Below the pieces are notes generated by a model that did not search any database, was not told where the DNA came from, and saw only the letters and a program-made list of their open reading frames with translations. Below are positions 35,447-36,939 of a DNA stretch of 36,939 bases, one piece after another. Within the stretch, counting starts at the first letter, position 1, and each line of letters opens with the position of its first letter. Source of the DNA: Lysobacterales bacterium (GTDB lineage: Bacteria > Pseudomonadota > Gammaproteobacteria > Xanthomonadales > SZUA-5); assembly GCA_022844165.1 (NCBI GenBank), contig JALHMH010000044.1, positions 1 to 36,939 of the forward strand, in the 5' to 3' direction. Position numbers and translations under genes: made by a program.

Positions 35447-36649
35447 ATGCTGATACGCTTTCTGCTCACATTGCGGGCTTTCGGATTGAAGGTCGGATTG
35501 ACCGAATTTCTGGCGTTACTGCAAGCGCTTAAACAGGGTTGGGCTCAGGCGTCCATTGGCGATTTCTATGTATTGGCGCGAACTGTTCTTATCAAGGACG
35601 AAAGCCTGTTTGATCGATACGATCGCGCATTTTCGGCATTTTTCGACGGCATCGCAGACGATGCGTCCGATTGGCTAAGAGAAGTTCCGCCCGATTGGCT
35701 CCACCAGGTTTTCGAGCGTGATCTCACTGACGAGGAAAAGTCGCAACTCAAGGCTTTTGGATCGCTGCAAGAACTGATGGATACGCTGCGCGAGCGCCTG
35801 GCGCAACAAACCGAGCGGCATCAAGGCGGCAACCGGTGGATCGGCACCGGTGGCACCTCGCCCTTTGGCCATGGCGGATACCATCCGGAAGGCGTGCGAA
35901 TCGGCGGTCGCTCGCAGCAGCGCCGCGCCGCCAAAGTTTGGGAGCAGCGTGCGTATCGGAACCTCGATGACGATGTCGAACTCGGGCGGCGCAACTTCCA
36001 GGTCGCGCTGCGGCGTCTGCGCAAATTCGCGCGCGAGGGTGCGGCCGATGAGCTCGACCTGGACGATACTATCCATTCCACAGCGCGCAACGCGGGCTGG
36101 CTCGATTTAAAGCTACGCCCAGAGCGCCATAACGCGTTGAAGCTGCTCTTGTTCATCGATATCGGTGGCTCGATGGACGACCATATCCGCGTTTGCGAGG
36201 AGCTCTTTTCGGCGGCAAGAGTCGAGTTCAAACACCTCGTACACTTCTATTTCCATAACTGCGTGTATGAGCGCGTGTGGAAGGACAACCGCCGCCGTCA
36301 CAACGAAAGTACGCCGACCATTGAGCTGATGCGCAAGTACAGCGCCGACTATCGCGTGATCTTTGTCGGCGATGCGAGCATGAGTCCATTGGAGCTGCTC
36401 GAACCAGGCGGCTCCATCGAACATTGGAACGAAGAGGCCGGGCACGTGTGGTTATCGCGCATGGCGCGCAGCTGGCCGCGTCTTGCCTGGCTCAATCCCG
36501 CTGAGCGCGAGCATTGGGGCTACACACCCACGATTACACACATTCGACGCATGCTCGGCGATCGCATGTTCCCGTTGACGGTTGCCGGTATCACCGAGGC
36601 GATTGACGCACTCAAGCGACCCATGGCCGTATCGGCGGAGGTTGACTAG
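35447..36649 (+). CDS. VWA (CoxE-like) domain-containing protein
   Basis: RHQGGNRWIGTGGTSPFG, MIDAS-like DIGGSMD, YFHNC.YE, FVGDASMSP, WLNP. Confidence 0.88.
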   Translation: MLIRFLLTLRAFGLKVGLTEFLALLQALKQGWAQASIGDFYVLARTVLIKDESLFDRYDRAFSAFFDGIADDASDWLREVPPDWLHQVFERDLTDEEKSQLKAFGSLQELMDTLRERLAQQTERHQGGNRWIGTGGTSPFGHGGYHPEGVRIGGRSQQRRAAKVWEQRAYRNLDDDVELGRRNFQVALRRLRKFAREGAADELDLDDTIHSTARNAGWLDLKLRPERHNALKLLLFIDIGGSMDDHIRVCEELFSAARVEFKHLVHFYFHNCVYERVWKDNRRRHNESTPTIELMRKYSADYRVIFVGDASMSPLELLEPGGSIEHWNEEAGHVWLSRMARSWPRLAWLNPAEREHWGYTPTITHIRRMLGDRMFPLTVAGITEAIDALKRPMAVSAEVD

Positions 36650-36714
36650 AGTCCTTGATGAATCTGGATCTTGTCATTTGAGTCTGTTTCTTAGGAGCGG
36701 CTTTGGCTTTGGCA

Positions 36715-36822
36715 GCCCCCTTAAATTAAGGGGGCGATCGAGCGCGCAGCGCTCGATGGGGGTTGTGGCAAGTACGGTGTCTGGCGAAGCCAGCAATGCT
36801 CGGCGGTCTGAGGCGAAGCCTC
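36715..36822. repeat. Cluster of four perfect short inverted repeats (REP/MITE-like palindromic element)
   Basis: GCCCCCTTAA-A-TTAAGGGGGC (36715-36735); ATCGAGCGC-GCA-GCGCTCGAT (36737-36757); CTGGC-GAA-GCCAG (36781-36793); GAGGC-GAA-GCCTC (36810-36822). Confidence 0.8.
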
Positions 36823-36823
36823 G

Positions 36824-36939
36824 CTAGTGTGGTGTCCCAAAAATAACTACCATTAAATAGTAATCAATTTCCCTGCCGCACGAGCTACCGCTTCGATGAT
36901 CGCATCGGCGCTCTTGCGCCAGATGAAGGGCTTGGGATT
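36824..36939 (-). mobile_element. IS630-family insertion sequence, 3' end (partial)
   Basis: The minus strand 36939..36853 reads NPKPFIWRKSADAIIEAVARAAGKLITI*, the typical P.PF.W.K.AD.I C-terminus of IS630 transposases. It is followed by a terminus ...GGGACACCACACTAG ending at a CTAG/TA site. Confidence 0.85.

Noticed and set aside
36715-36735. Rho-independent terminator for the VWA gene
   Set aside because: No U-tract follows on either strand, and it is embedded among further palindromes. It is better read as part of a repeat element.

Overview
GC-rich bacterial DNA whose gene content and order (rluB-scpB-scpA-yciO divergent from yciI-bolA, an RpfE-like gene, yceD-rpmF-fabH with no plsX, exeAB) point to a Xanthomonadales/Lysobacterales-type gammaproteobacterium. 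This taxonomic call is inference from gene order. The first ~6 kb is an accessory, partly decayed patch. It holds a secreted protein running off the left edge (not in the ORF track) and a DUF6036/AbiEii-like nucleotidyltransferase coupled to an orphan partner gene. It also holds a broken HUH/Y1 (RAYT-like) transposase, a 5'-truncated Kelch-repeat gene with an internal stop, and a secreted TolB/PD40-like propeller. The two propeller proteins share a C-terminal GD-x-[LI]...[SG]FE tail. From 6.2 to 36.6 kb the genes are mostly housekeeping, envelope and signalling. In order: bcp, FFLEELY-motif protein, rluB with a very long Arg-rich tail, scpBA, yciO, yciI, bolA, a PPIase, a PmtA-like methyltransferase, a membrane Ser/Thr kinase, a dienelactone hydrolase, a HIT protein and two tandem paralogous sensor kinases. 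Next come an LTA-synthase-family gene with a PmrA-like box, maeB, BtuF-like, RpfE-like, yceD-rpmF-fabH-fabD, a rhomboid, gspB/exeA and a VWA protein. The window ends in a cluster of DNA hairpins with cGNAg loops, followed by the end of an IS630-family element. No rRNA, tRNA or CRISPR array was seen. All calls come from motif recognition by eye; no database search was run.
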